A stretch of 63,901 bases of DNA, filler included, from Collodictyon triciliatum (GCA_043381765.1; 5 parts of 4 records of this genome joined end to end with filler, not necessarily neighbours in it); one strand, 5' to 3'; counted from the first letter of the whole stretch, positions 39,409 through 53,900 are shown. Numbers and translations are program-made. Notes: generated from the sequence alone by a model not told the origin.

Positions 39409-42400
39409 ATGGACGGGAAAGTGAAAGGTTTGCAAGCGCCAACACACTTATTTCTTCAGCTTTTGTTCCTTGCTTTTCCATTATATATATATTTAATACC
39501 CTCTTTTTTTTCTTCCACCTACTCTGTCGCCTACACTTCTTGTGTCAATTCCATTCTTTTGTCTCTATACCTTACCCTGATCGCCTTGAAGACAACACCG
39601 GAGAACCTGTGGACAAAAGAGAAGATAATGTTCCTTCAACTTCGGGTCCTGGCATGGTGATTTTCATTATTGTATCTTCTAGTTTAACTAGTTTAAGTAT
39701 TTAGGCGCTGAAGCACTTAAATATTTTCATTGTCTTCTATTTTCATGTTTATTCTTTCATTTACTGATATATCTTCATTCCATTCCAATTAAATTGGCAG
39801 AGCTTGTTCAATCCTCCTGATGAAAATGAGAGCAAAATAACACCGGGTTTAATATTTGATGCATCGTCTCCGCTCAAAAGAAAGAGCAAATATTTTTTCA
39901 TAATGACCGACAGCGGAAGTCCCATATACTTTGACCATCCGATGGGTGCGCATCATCTTTTCATGTCATATATCAATTTCACCTTCTATATATATTTGTC
40001 TATCCACCAATCTATCTTTTCTTTTCTTTTCTTTTCTTTTCTTTTTGAATATCCCTTGCCAGCCATTCCAACGCATGTTTCAATTTAAAACAAACTATAT
40101 GTACGTTCTTCACTGTTGTTCTGTTATTTTCTATTCGTCTGGTTTCCTTAAATCTCTTTTTCTTTTTTCTTTTTTTTAATAAGACTATTTATCAACTGCA
40201 AACAATTCAAAGGTGAAGCTGTCTATGGTCCTATCAGTGGCATTTTTTTGTACTCATATCAAAAAACTGGCGAGATTTTCCGAATGCTCAAGTGTGGAAA
40301 CGAAATCATCATCGGGCAAAAAGTGAGTCTGCAAAAGATAAAAATCAATCAGTTTATGCTTTTTGTCTCTAATTAAACATCATTAAATAGAATTGAAAAG
40401 AAAAATATATTCAAATTCAACGCATTTCGTATCATAATGTATTCTCTTTTTCGCTCATGAATTACACGCTCTGATTTAACTTTCATTACATCTATAATGT
40501 ACCTAGTACGGAAAATCGTTGTTGATGAGTGTTAAAAGTGATGGAGGAGAAACAGAGTCATATCTAAGAAGACAGCTTCACATCATTTTTGACCTTCTTC
40601 GTCTAAGGTATGCATTCTCGACTGTAAGCGATGGCCAAAAAAAAAAATGCATCTTTTTATTTATATCTCGCTTTTATTTTGGTAGAATAAAAAAAACTCC
40701 TTAATGAGATTTTTTTCTAACTAAATAAACATCTAGACTGAGTCCGAAAGTAATCTATTCGTTGACCCAAAGCGGAGTTTTTCTCTCTATGGCCTCATTC
40801 AAATCATCCACCAGTACTATGATAAATACATATGATTACCTTTGTGACCAGTACCAGAGCCAGCTTGTCCAGGTAAATCGTTTTATCACCTCGTTATGAT
40901 GTATCTTACGTTGTTATCCTCTATCTTGTCGAGTTTTAGACGTTTATTTCTCTTCCTCAAACTGATCTTTCTTCGCCTAATTCAATTTTTCTTGGTGAAA
41001 GTAAAGTTACACGAGACTAATGTATTACAGGGAATCGAGTGGCTTGATATTGACGAAGAAAGAAGATCCAAATACTATAACGAACTAGAACGAATAATAG
41101 CATATCTACCTACTGCAACGCATGCAATTATATTCACAGGTGTATATCATGAATTTTTTTTGTCTATATTCAAACTTCTACCTTTATCATCTCCCTCTTT
41201 TCCATTATCTTTTATAACTACTATTCAAATAACAAGGTCAGCAATTACATACAAGTTGCATTATCCTCACTGATTTTTTTAAAAAAAAAAAATTAATCCA
41301 AAGTTAGAATTTGTATATCTTACAATTTTCATCATCCTCTGCTATTGATGACAGGAACAAAACTAGTTTCGTTGTACTCGAAGTTTATGGCATTTGAGCT
41401 ATCTTATCCGGATGTGATGCTGCTCGTGATTTATGTGCAGAGTCTTTTTCGACCGAAAAGTGAACCTTGACTTTCTATATTTTTATGTTTTATGTTTTAT
41501 GTTTTATGTTTTATGTTTTATGTTTTATGTTTTATGTTTTATGTTTTATGTTTTATGTTTTATGTTTTATGTTTTATGTTTTATGTNNNNNNNNNNNNNN
41601 NNNNNNNNNNNNNNNNNNNNNNNNNNNNNNNNNNNNNNNNNNNNNNNNNNNNNNNNNNNNNNNNNNNNNNNNNNNNNNNNNNNNNNTTTTATGTTTTATT
41701 TTTTATGTTTTATTTTTTATGTTTTATTTTTTATGTTTTATTTTTTATGTTTTATTTTTTATGTTTTATTTTTTATGTTTTATTTTTATTTTCCAAATTT
41801 TATATTTTATACATGAATATGTATTTAAAAAATGGACTATAGAAAAAGGCTTTCGTTCATCTTCTAATCCTGCGGTCAATCTTGTCGAAACCGACCAAGT
41901 AACAACCGTAGAGTCTCCACAGCCGGAACTTCCTTCAAATCAAGAGAAAGACTCTTTAGAACCCTGTGATACTGAAGGTTACCCCTATACAATCAATCGA
42001 GAACCTTATTTCATCCAACAAAGAACGACTCTCTTCCGTAGACCTATTTAAAAAAATTATTTTTTACTCAACTTAATTTTCCAACCTTTTGTTTTGAAAT
42101 ACGCCTCCAATAAGACGCCTTGGATGATGATAATCTGAGTCCAAACAAAGACAAAGAAGCCTTCGACGTTCCTCCAGAGGAAATGAAGACCATTCCGCGC
42201 TCCATCACATTCGATTCCTTTTCGTTTGAACAATTCGATGATGACCACTTCAGAAACACTCTTTTGTCAGAGCTGTCGATGCAGACCTTACCCAAGGCAT
42301 CATCGCTCACTGACATGTTTGCAAGCGACGAGACTCTTAAACAACGCTCTCAATCCAATGAAAGCGATTTGAACCTCCTCAAGTCTTTTTCGAGCGAGCC

Positions 42401-44037
42401 CAAATTATATCAAACCAAAGCGTCTCAAAAGCAGGACGAAAATACCGCAGCCTCGTCAGGAAACCATCGCTTGTCACAGTCTGCTGTAGGGGAGTCTCGG
42501 TCTTTGCTAACAGCATCTTTGCAATCAACTTCGAGTCCCTCTGCACAATCACAACGCATGAATCAAAGCGCATCTTCGGCGGAAAGGTTTGCCTTTAATA
42601 ATCACTGTTATTTCTATTTGGTAGGTCTTCAATGGGACACTCATGATTATCCTCTTCTCTATAATAACAAAAAAAAAAATGACAGGAAAGTGACAAACTA
42701 TCATTTCGAGCATCTTTATTTTCGAACACCTCAACACGAGCGAACCTGGGTTTATATTTCTGAACTGACCAAGGAGACTACGCTGATTATAATCAATAAG
42801 GACATTGTAAATATATTGTTTGCTTTGATGCACAATTAGATCGCTGAATATATTATATCATCAAATGGAAAGAAAGAAAAAGCGTCGTGCCATACACAAA
42901 TTTTACAAATGAAAAAAAAAAAAAACAAGAGTGCAACCAGTAAAATAGACCATTAACTGAATTGCATTTATGACTTTCTTTGTAGAATGGAAATGAGCAG
43001 GAAAAGGAAAAGCTTCATGCTGCTCGTCGGTCGCTCTTGCAGAAGCTCAACATGCATTTGAGTTTAATTGAAGCAAAAAGCAGAATGAATCTGACAATGC
43101 TTTCGTATCCAATACGATGTCTTGATAATTTTATATATAATATATGAAGTATATTGTGATTTTGTTTAAAAAAAATTATTTATTTGTTTATATATATGGA
43201 TTCTTTTCCCTTGACAGTATCTTTGTAAAGTTTTTTTCCCATGTTCCCTGGACTAGTCCACTTTATATTGGTAGATCGTATCACAAATAAGGTTCGTGTC
43301 TATTCAAACACTTCCAAACCATCACCAATAACCATCCCAAAGACGTTCAGTTATTGATATGAAAAAAATCAGGTCATTGCCCCATCTATAACACCTATAC
43401 ATAGAAACGCGAATCCTAGTGGTAAGCTCTTGTAAACTCTTAGTTTTTCAATATTATTTTATTTTATTTTATTTTATTTTATTTTATTTTATTTTATTTT
43501 ATTTTATTTTATTTTATTTTATTTTATTTTATTTTATTTTATTTTATTTTTCTTTGTGCATTTCATGACGTCGCGTCGATTATCAACCGAATAATCATAC
43601 CTTTTTTTGTTTTGTTTTGTTCTGCACAGGACCTGTAGCTCAGCAATCCGTGAGGGTCATTAAAGCAAAAGTGCGGACCATATATAATTCTACATAAGTC
43701 GTTTGGCCCGAAAGAATCTGAGTCGAATCTAACCTTTCATCCTTTATCAACCACGTAGGTGTGGGACATGTGCTATAAAGCTCATCAGCAATTATCTCTT
43801 GGGTTCACTTCATCCATCATCAAGGTTAGCCCTGCGTTATGTATCAAAATTGAAACGATGCCAGAGTACAGACATTGCAGATTAAACTACCTTTGAAACA
43901 ATTGTGCTTAACAATAATTAATCGTGTTTAAGATGTCTGATTTCCAATATTCGCATAAACTTTGGGTTGAGGACTCTGAGGGTGTTGAAATTCCGTTGGC
44001 GAATCCTATCCCATCGCCATCAGTAACAACAGAATTG
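39409..44037 (+). CDS. HPS1: HPS1 (BLOC-3 longin-domain subunit), multi-exon; C-terminus missing at the gap
   Basis: N-terminal longin motifs FFIMTDSGSPIYF and SDGGETESYLRRQL, plus QSQLVQ|GIEWL. The C-terminal part KSRMNLTMLSFFPMFPGLVHFILVDRITNK|VIAPSI...IKAK|VWDM...GFTSSIIK|MSDFQYSHKLWVED matches HPS1 as I recall it (FPGLVHFIYVDR; VAPS; VW; DF..SY.LWFE). The start codon is uncertain. Confidence 0.88.
41481..41790. repeat. Intronic (TTTTATG)n heptamer repeat around an N gap
   Basis: Directly visible inside an HPS1 intron. Confidence 0.9.
43105..43230 (+). other. Putative U12-type (minor spliceosome) GT-AG intron in HPS1
   Basis: Donor GTATCCAA (U12 consensus RTATCCTT). Branch site TTCCCTTGAC at 43206-43215 (consensus TTCCTTRAC), about 16 nt before the AG, with no polypyrimidine tract. 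Removing it restores TMLS-FFPMFPGL in phase 2. Confidence 0.7.
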
Positions 44038-44128
44038 TAAGCTATAAAAATTGTCTATAAAATAGTATGCAATGTTTATTAATCAAAACATGTATTTGCA
44101 AAACTCGGTCAACTTGAAACATTATTTG

Positions 44129-44445
44129 ACTTTTTCTTTTTTCTTTTTCTTTTTCTTTTTCTTTTTCTTTTTCTTTTTCTTTTTCTTTTTCTTTTTCTTT
44201 TTCTTTTTCTTTTTCTTTTTCTTTTTCTTTTNNNNNNNNNNNNNNNNNNNNNNNNNNNNNNNNNNNNNNNNNNNNTTAATTAATTAANNNNNNNNNNNNN
44301 NNNNNNNNNNNNNNNNNNNNNNNNNNNNNNNATTCTCATTCTCATTCTCATTCTCATTCTCATTCTCATTCTCATTCTCATTCTCATTCTCATTCTCATT
44401 CTCATTCTCATTCTCATTCTCATTCTCATTCTCTTTCTCTTTCTC
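44129..44445. repeat. (TTTTTC)n and (ATTCTC)n hexamer repeats flanking the linker at 44232-44331
   Basis: Directly visible. Confidence 0.9.
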
Positions 44446-44497
44446 TCCATGGTTTGCTGTTCCTACAAGCTACTTATCCTTGTTTTCAAAGAAGCTA

Positions 44498-46361
44498 ATG
44501 GCCGACTCCCCGAAAACTTCCTCCATCCACGTCATCGAGGAATATCCCGACGTTGGCATGGGACTTGTGCAAGGGTACAAAACACAGAAGGCGATCGCAG
44601 ACAGTCTTTTGTTTTTGTTTTTGTTTATTTGTTTATTTGTTTATTTGTTTTTGCCTATATTTTTTTTTGTTTCTGGCAATCTAAAATATCCATAATTCCA
44701 GTGAAAACACTCCTGACTTTGGCGAGGACGTAAAATCAGCCATGGAAACCCACGGATCGTACGAAAGGATTCCCTTCACCATTTCTTTTCCCCGTCTTTC
44801 GTTTTCTTCTTTCTTTTCCTATTATAATGTTCATTAATTTCAAAAAAAAACTTTACAAAGTATTACTATAGTGCTTCATGCTCAAACGCCTTGCATTCTT
44901 TTTTTTTTTTTTCACATTTACTAGGAGTTTGTTATCAAGCTTGGCCGAGAAACTTATTGTTGTTGGGGACCAATCTGTTGGGAAAACCAGTCTAATTGTT
45001 CGGTTTTGCAAGGGTAACTTCCAGGAGAACTACAAGGTTTGCACTCCGTAGATACCAATTTATTTATTCATTTATAATAAAGAAAAGATAAGATCGAAAA
45101 AGTCGTGAAAGCAATTAATTGGATAAAACTACTTCCTTGCTCATGTGTTTTCTGATTTTAGTCAAACCCGCTAAGTAATTTTTCAGGCTACCATAGGGGT
45201 TGACTTTATGTACGAGCGATTCTCCATCCTGAATTCGACATTTACTTTGCATATGTATATTCCAAATCCTAACCAATCAAAACTATAATCACACGTCTCA
45301 CATGTCGTCCCAGCTATTGATATGTTACACAAGTATTGACGTCATATAGTTTTCTATTTGAAAATTACATTATACTCTAATCCCGTAACTGTACCCCCTT
45401 TTTTTTTTTTCTCTCCTCTTTATTTTTCGTTTTCGTACCATTCAGATGGGACACTGCTGGTCAAGAGAATTTTCGAAGCATTACGCAGGCATATTATCGT
45501 GGAGCAAAAGGGATTATTGTGGCATTCGATTTGACCTCTACTGATTCATTTGCAAATGTCAGAGTGTGGGCAGAAGAAGCTCGTAAACATGTCGGACAGG
45601 AATGCTATGTTTGGCTGGTCGGGCTTAAATCGGATTTAACTGTATGGTCAATCGTTTATTATTTTCTCATCTCGTATGTTATCTCTCCACGAGGGTGAAT
45701 TTTGTGCAAGAGATATGACCCTCCAACCATTCTAGTTTTCTATTAAACATTAAATTTGTCAACACCCTTTTTTTTTTTTTAAAAAAAAAAAAAACATGTT
45801 CAATTTGTTTGTTCCCAGCATCATGTGGCTACTGCACAAGGATGCTCTTTAGCTGAAGACTTAGAGGCTGAGTAATACTATTTGATATCATTATTTTAAT
45901 TTACTACGACGAATCTCACCAAAACTTGCAATATTCTCCGCATAATGTATGTCCTATTGATTTGTCCAGGTACTGGGAAGTGAGCTCAAAGACAAGTACC
46001 CAGCCTGCTAATATTGAATCTTTTCATCATATTTTTTTTATTATAATTATCATGTACACTGAATGATATACTGAGTAAATGAATCAGGCATGACATTACA
46101 ATATTTCATAGGCTCAAACGTCAATGAATTGTTTGCTAGAGTGGCTGTTACATTATTTGAGTCGGCTGTTCGGAAGGCCGTTTCAGATGGAGAGAAGGTG
46201 GATTCGGGGAAGATTGGAGACTTGGGTAATTTTTCGTATTGATTGAATTCCCTATTCGTTGGACTGATATCGGATAATCTTTTCTTTTCAAATACTGTTC
46301 AACCTCCGTTTCAGCAAAACCTAAAGTGGAACGACCCAGAAAAGAGAGTGGTTGCTGCTAG
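44498..46361 (+). CDS. RAB34: Rab34/Rab36-family small GTPase, multi-exon
   Basis: KLIVVGDQSVGKTS, RFCKGNFQENYK|ATIGVDFMYERF, WDTAGQE, LVGLKSD, AEYWEVSSKT, NVNELFARVAVTLFE, and a C-terminal GCC-stop prenylation motif. The N-terminal extension (VIEEYP...DFGEDVKSA) and YKATIGVDF..ERF/AEYW are characteristic of Rab34/36. Confidence 0.88.
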
Positions 46362-46875
46362 AGAACTCTGCACTCAGACCAGCAGAGCAGCATTTGTTTG
46401 CAGTGTGATGTCCTATCGCCGTCTGTTTAAAAGATAAAATAAATATCTATTATACAAATGTCAGATGCTCTGGTGTTGCCCCTGTTGTCTTTGCCACCAT
46501 AACTCGTATCGGCATGGTCCAGTTGATTTCCCTCGATTGAGTTTAATAGAGAAAAGAGTCGCTTTTATACACATAAAGACCCATCATAATACTTTATCTC
46601 CCATTTTCCGCACAAGTTTAATGCATTTTAACAGATTAAAGGTGGTCTTTTTGTCGCATTTTCTACTACTTTTTATTCATCTTCTTACTATGGTTGTTTA
46701 TTTTAAGAAAACTGGTGCCATGACGACTACAGTCTTCATCACATTTTTATTTCGTTTTTTTTTTTTTGGAAGAAAACACCAACATTAGGGGCATACTTTA
46801 GGTAATCAAAAATAAGTCTGATTTCGAGATGATGAAAACCAATTTCATCACTTTAATCATGTCATTTGATTGAAT

Positions 46876-47018
46876 CTACTTTCGAACTGCGTTCGCCATC
46901 ATTTCCTGCCAGGATCGTTTATTTGTATCCATATTTTCAATGCAACCCTACAGGTGGACTCATCTAATTTTAGTCGTTAATAGATTTTCAACAATGCATG
47001 AAGTTTTTTTTTTGTTGT

Positions 47019-47111
<93 letters not shown>

Positions 47112-50100
47112 CTTTGTTGTTTCTTTGCTTCCATCTCTCTGTGTATTTTAAGCATTCCCTTTTCTAATTTTACTTTCATAATATTCACGGAAATTATGAA
47201 TAGGATAGCTTAGTGCCGAATAAAAACCTTCAAATCGGGAAGAAAGTTTGCGAGGGACTCCCACAACGGGCGAACAACAAAGTCGATAAATCCGACTTCA
47301 TTTTTTGCGAGCGTGAATTCGTCATCGATGACCATGAATGGAGTGACCGGTATCCCGACCTCTTTTTCCCTTTTTGTCTGTCACAATCGGGCTTGTCAGT
47401 CAAGTAATTTTTTCCATAGACACTCACAAATATATACAGCTCTGCTCTGGGACAAATAAGGGAAGATATTTTGGATACATTATGAAGTAAAATATACATC
47501 ATAAGATGGTGCATATTAGAATGTCTGATTACTTGATTTGCAAACTCATCACGCAACATACGAACCCATTTTTTAGATATAGCATGCGGTCTGATTGGAT
47601 TGGACAAATCAGCCGCGTGAAGCACGATTGCAACCAAATGAAGCCTTCGTCGGTTGAGAGATATGAATATGGCCGTATGAAATAGAGAAAAAAATAAAAG
47701 TATAAGAAATTCTTTTTAGAAAGAAAGCCAATACTATGAGAGATGAAACATTCAAAAAAAAAAAAAAAAGTCACGGATAAGTTGGCCCATATGAAATGAT
47801 ACCGGTCTTCCCTGTTGTCACGAGAAAATTTTTTGCTTGATATGGCACTCTTGAATTTTCCTGTTATTTCAAAATGTTGTGCCATGTCTGTGGCCAATAT
47901 TGCAGTGACAATAGATTTTCGCAGTTCCTGTGTTTTTTATTTTTATTTTTGTTAATCATAGCTATCTCAAGCACATGAGACAGCCTCATCGATGATGTAA
48001 GACCCTGCGGATACAAATCCCTCATCGATAACGGTATTTAAAAAAAAACACTGCATGTTTCAGTGAGAGGAAAGAACAATATGTTAAATGCTTTGAAAAG
48101 AAACCTTATACTCATCAACACTAAGTCCGGAAAGAATCGAGTTTTCTTTTTTCCTCAATAAACCGAAACCAACGCTACAGTGATGGCTCTCTTGCACCGA
48201 AACGTCATTGTATAGCAAAGCCAGTGGCGATTGACTACCTATTTCAAATCCATTGTTTACGCCAGGATGGTCCAAGTCATGGCAAAGTGCGGCAAGAAAC
48301 AGAGCCAGAATATCCAAATTACTGAGGTATTGAATCACATTTGTGTTAACCAAAATAAGGTAAGTGATTTGCATGACAGTGAAGGCATGGAAGAAATTAT
48401 GAAAAGGATTTTTTCTGTAATTAGCCCTGATAGCCAATATGAAACTTCGTAACTTATCCACAGGTATATGAAATAACTCGATTAAATTGAAATGCTCGAA
48501 TATTGAATATATTAAGCTCAGCAAGTGGTCTTCAGAGTAAGACAGGGCATCGAATTCCCAGGTCAATTCAGCAATCGAGTTGAGTCTCGTGACATTTTCA
48601 ATATCGGGCCAACTAGATTAAAATGTAAAAGAGCAATTTGTTGAAAATGTATCTAAAAGGAAAGAGTGTGAACTGGTATGACAATGTATTCTTTTTATGA
48701 ACTAAAAACTCATCGTTAAATGGAGTAAATGAAAAATACCTGTCCATGATATGAAGGCTTTCATAAGATGAATCCCGGCTATACTCCAGCATTATCATGC
48801 TTTTCGTCTCTGGGTCAACCCCTTCAAGCATCTTTGGAAGGTCGGGTCGGAACACATCTGACGAGCCCAACATACGAATGCACCGAAGGAGTTCCCTCCT
48901 GTAAATCAATTAAATCAGAAAACGGTTCGTTTCTCGTTTAAAAAACCTAAGTGACTTTAATTAAAATTTTCTATACATTTCAAAACTTAATATATTTACA
49001 TATACAATACAAAAAAAAAACCTTGTCATGTCTGTACTCAATTCTCCGTGACTCAACCTTTCCATTGTTTGAATTACAGCCTGATGTATTTATAAATTTA
49101 CTTTTACTGTTTATGATGGGAACCTATTCTTCAATCATTATTATTTGACTTATCGCAGTTGTATTAATTAACAAACATTGATTGGTGCCTCAAGTATAGA
49201 GTTAACATGTGTTCTAAATTCTCCCATTCGAGATTCCATATCATAGATGGTTTTTCTCATCGTGCTGATATCATTGATATCGTCAAGAACCAAAAGCACG
49301 CCCATTTTTTGCCTTTTTTTCCAAAGAGATGACGCAGAATCCATCTACTCAGAAAGTTTTATTATGTTGAATGCGGGATTTGTAAAATATGATACTATTG
49401 AAATCATAATCTTGTTGGCTTCATACCGATTCGTTGACCAATGGTGTTATAATGTAATTCACGATTCTTGTATCCTCCTCGGATGTATGCAATACATATG
49501 AACTTGCTCGGACGGGCTTCGACATTGATACGACTGTTTTTATGTCCCTGATGAGCTGGTCATTTCCATGCACCCCCATCCAGCTCCAGAAAGGTGTCGA
49601 CCTAAACTTTGATGCATTAAAAAAAAATAATGATTATAATAAATAAATATTAAAATAAAAGGTACTGTTTCTGAGGAGAGATAAAAACTCAAAGTTAAAA
49701 TTCCTGCTCAATACCTACTTACAATAGAATAAAATAAAAAAAAACAGAAAATAATAATAAAAAAAATAACCTCATTGTAACTTCTGTTATCCCAAAGATA
49801 TTCTCGATGGGCCTATTGGACGATTGTAGTAGCCCATTCATGTGGAATGTAATGACAAAGCTTGCTATGCTTTTTAAAATATTTTCTAGAGTTTTGTTGG
49901 TTTCCATCACTTCGTTATATAGTCTGGTTTTTGTTATTGTCACAGCAGCATGCGCAGAAAAGGCCTTTAGAATCTCTTCATCAACAATTCCGAATGGCCT
50001 TATGAGAATAAGTTAAAAATTAGTTTGCTATTTTTCTTTCGTCTTCTGTCAGTTGATTACTTTTAATAAAAAAAATATATATTTTGGTAAGAGTATGGCC

Positions 50101-50618
50101 ATTAGAGTAAAATTTTAAAATTATGTGTAAGATTGATTGGCTAAGAGGTTGATTTGGTTGAATTATTCTCATACTGCCCTCTTTTGTTCACCATTTGAAT
50201 CGCTCCTACGATGGCCCCATCCACGTCACTGCGAACAGGCATGCAGAGAATGTTGTTTGTTTTATACCCTGTCTCAATGTCTACTTCCTATTGAAATATG
50301 CGCACATGATAAATTGTTCAAAACGTATATTTTTATGCATCGAGTAATTTTGGAATGCTTTTAAAATGTGTGCAAAACCTTATTGAAACGATGGTCTGCA
50401 TACGCATCCGGGATGTTCAATGTCTCTCCAGTGGATACGACATACCCAGCAATTCCTTGGGATACCGGAAAATGAACGTCCATACCTTCAGCCAACTTAG
50501 TGTGTAATTCTCTCGTATCTTGGTCAAGCAGGAACAATGTGCATTTGTCAGAATCCTAAGTGATAAATTAGAGTGTCGAACATGAATAGTTTAGCTAACT
50601 CGTTTGGTTGATGTCAAA

Positions 50619-50690
<72 letters not shown>

Positions 50691-50846
50691 NNNNNNNNNN
50701 NNNNNNNNNNNNNNNNNNNNNNNNNNNNNNNNNNNNNNNNNNNNNNNNNNNNNNNNNNNNNNNNNNNNNNNNNNNNNNNNNNNNNNNNNNTTCTTTTTGT
50801 CCCTTATGGTTTTTTCCGAAAAATATTCATACTCGATGTCTTTTCT

Positions 50847-50902
<56 letters not shown>

Positions 50903-53900
50903 TCGATTAAATTCCATTTTTTTTTTAAAAAAAAAAAGTCAGGATAAATCTGCATACCAGTAACTCTTTTGATTTATGTCTTAGAATATCAATTAAAGGC
51001 TCCAGTTCAGTTTCCGAGGATATCACTTCCATGATTTGTGAAAGTGCTTGAAATTTTTTTCTATTTTTTTTTAAAAAAAGGGCTGTGGTTACTAGGCTGT
51101 TGAAGTAAATGCAAATCCCCCACCCCACCCATTTTACTTTTTTTTTCTATTAAAACATATATATGAATATTTTCTTTACATAATTCTTTGCATCACAATT
51201 GATATTGGAGCATAGAGATTCGTTTTTTCCAAAAAAAATAAAAAATAAATAGTCGGCTTGCCTTTCAATCAATTCCTTCTGATATGCTTTAGAGTTCGAA
51301 ATAACAACTGCTGCGTGAGCACAGAATGCTGTCAGTAATTCCTCATCTTCTTCATCAAACGTGCCATTGGCCTGGGATAAAAAAAAAGGTATTGATATTT
51401 TATTTCCTTCATTCGATTCAAAGGAAGGGGTTTTAGACAAAGAAGTGTTGATATGAATTAAAGAGGTTAGTTGGGATATTTCGCCTTGTCTTTAATAGGA
51501 GGGTAATGTTTGCATGTGATATTATTCATATAATTTTGATTTAAATTTTAATTAATTTTATTTTTGTTTATTATTTTATGTTGATTTTTTTGATAATTTA
51601 TTATGTTTGCCTGTTTGTTCAATAAAAAATTGATCTACGAAAAAAAAATAAGGAAACCCCAAAATACACGTCAAACGTTGATAGAGGCAAAACCTTATTT
51701 ATCATTTGAATCGCACCAATCACTCTTCCGTTTCCATCTTTCACGGGCATGCACAATATCGTTTTTGTTCTATATCCGGTGTCGATATCAACATCCGGTC
51801 TGAATCTTGGGTCCTTTTTGAAACAATTTTAAAAAAATCTTTGGATATTGTCGCTCCACAGAGGGAAAAAGAAAAGAAGGATGAAAAAAAAATAATTCAA
51901 GAATGGCCATATAAAATCAAGAATATTAGATAGACAAATGAAGTAGAGATTGGTATGTCTAAAGGAAACAGCAACGAGTAAAAAAAAAGCATCACTACTG
52001 AGATAAATAAGATAAGAAACAGAAATCATCAATACTCTCATTGGAACATACCATAATATATCTAGGTAAAGTCATGAAACTCAAACCTTATATGCATCTG
52101 GTATATTTACAGTGTATCCCGTCGTGGCTACGTACCCAGCGATTCCAGAGCTCATTGGAAAAGTGATTTCATTCCCCTCTTCAATGCGAGTCCATAGAAC
52201 ATCCTGCCCAGGTAAGACTAAAAAGAGTGTGCATTTGTCAGCTTCAAGAAGTTCCTTCGATTTTTGTCTCATCAGCCCAATCAGAACAGATAGATCCAAT
52301 TCTGCTGTTATTGTGTGGGAAATCTGAACTAGAGCCTGTAGTTTCCTTCGCATTTTTATCTCTCGTCCTCTCGAGTGGACGGTTCCCAAAATCACAGCCA
52401 AATGACCCGCAATAGACTCTAGTAAAAGTATGTCTTCTGATGTAAACGAAGCTGCGCAAATTTGGAGAATCGAAAAGTGGGATGCAGATGGTGATGATGG
52501 CATCCTGAGGGGTATACTAAGTATTGACGTGTTGATAGGTATGTCTCCATCGATGTTGGATGCATATCTCGCATCCGAGGATGCATTTTCAACATGCAGC
52601 ATTTGCGAATCCTGTGCAACTCTTCCTGATATCCCATATCCGGCCAACATCCACTTAAATGGGTCGAATGGGCCTGTGCTCGCCTCTATCCTCAGTTCTC
52701 TGGTTGTGCTTTGTAGAGAGATAGTAGTGCTAGCCGGAGACGCGTTCGTTGTTTGGATGGCACTTAAATCCGTCTTGGTCAAATTATGATGAACATGAGG
52801 CCGAACATCATAAAATGATACCAACGTCGCACTCACTGTCTCTGCGACTGCTGATAGAATGACATTTACAGCTCGCTTGTAATTGGTCTCTTCAGTTACG
52901 CGACGAAACAAGGACAAGGCATTGTGGAGTCGAAAAAGCTGCTGGACCACAGAATGAACCCACTTGGCTTGCTGCGTTTCGCTTAGGTATCCCCAAATGC
53001 GCACCATGCGCTCGGGAGTCACTAATTCGTCGCTTTGGAGCAGTCTTAGAATCTCGCCAGCAGAGTCTGAATCGTTGCCTGCAATGCGATGTTGGTCGCT
53101 TTGGATGCTCGAACTGCTGTGGGTAACACCGCGGTAAGAGAGATGACTACTTTTACGGTGGGACGTGCCTTCTGTACTTTGTGACGCCACCCCGGGGTCG
53201 GATGTGTACGCTAATGCAGTAATTGCTCTTAAAAGATGTAGTTGTCCGTGGGGCAAATCTGCAATTTCCAAGCAATAAGGATGGAAGGTCATTGAAGGAT
53301 TTTAGTTAAATTGTGCTTTTTTTTTAAAAAAAAAAATAATGAGAGAGAGAAAGAAAAGAAAAGTAAATGGCAGTATCTTCATGAATTCTGGGAAGCGTAC
53401 ATAGTTGTTGCCAAAAAAAAAAAGTGATGAAATTGAAAATAACGAAATCAAACTTGAGTGGTATTGTGATAGGGTTATGTATGAATGCATGTCGAGGTAA
53501 AACAAGAGAAAAATAATTTTGACGGTGGAGTCTTGCCTTTGGGTAAAGTATCCGACTTTGGTATATCTAGCAGTGTAGGTATTCTCGGAGGTTTTGGATA
53601 TGATTTCAGGTTTTCGGAAGGGACACTAGAATGGATTGAGTATCGGGATATGTAAGGAGCCAAAGCAGCAACAGCCTCGGCTGTGTTTGCCTTTAGTGGA
53701 GGTAACGGTATGTTATTGTTGATCTTGGCGGTCTTTGAATTGTCATGGTGATTCTCTCGGTTAATTGTGCGTCGCATCCTATGTGAACTGACCGCTTTGG
53801 GGTGAGATGGTGAAGTTGGTTTGACTGGTTGATTTGTGTGAGATTTTCTGGGTGATACAGAGAGGTGCTGCTCTTTTGAAACTTGGGGGAGATGACTTCC

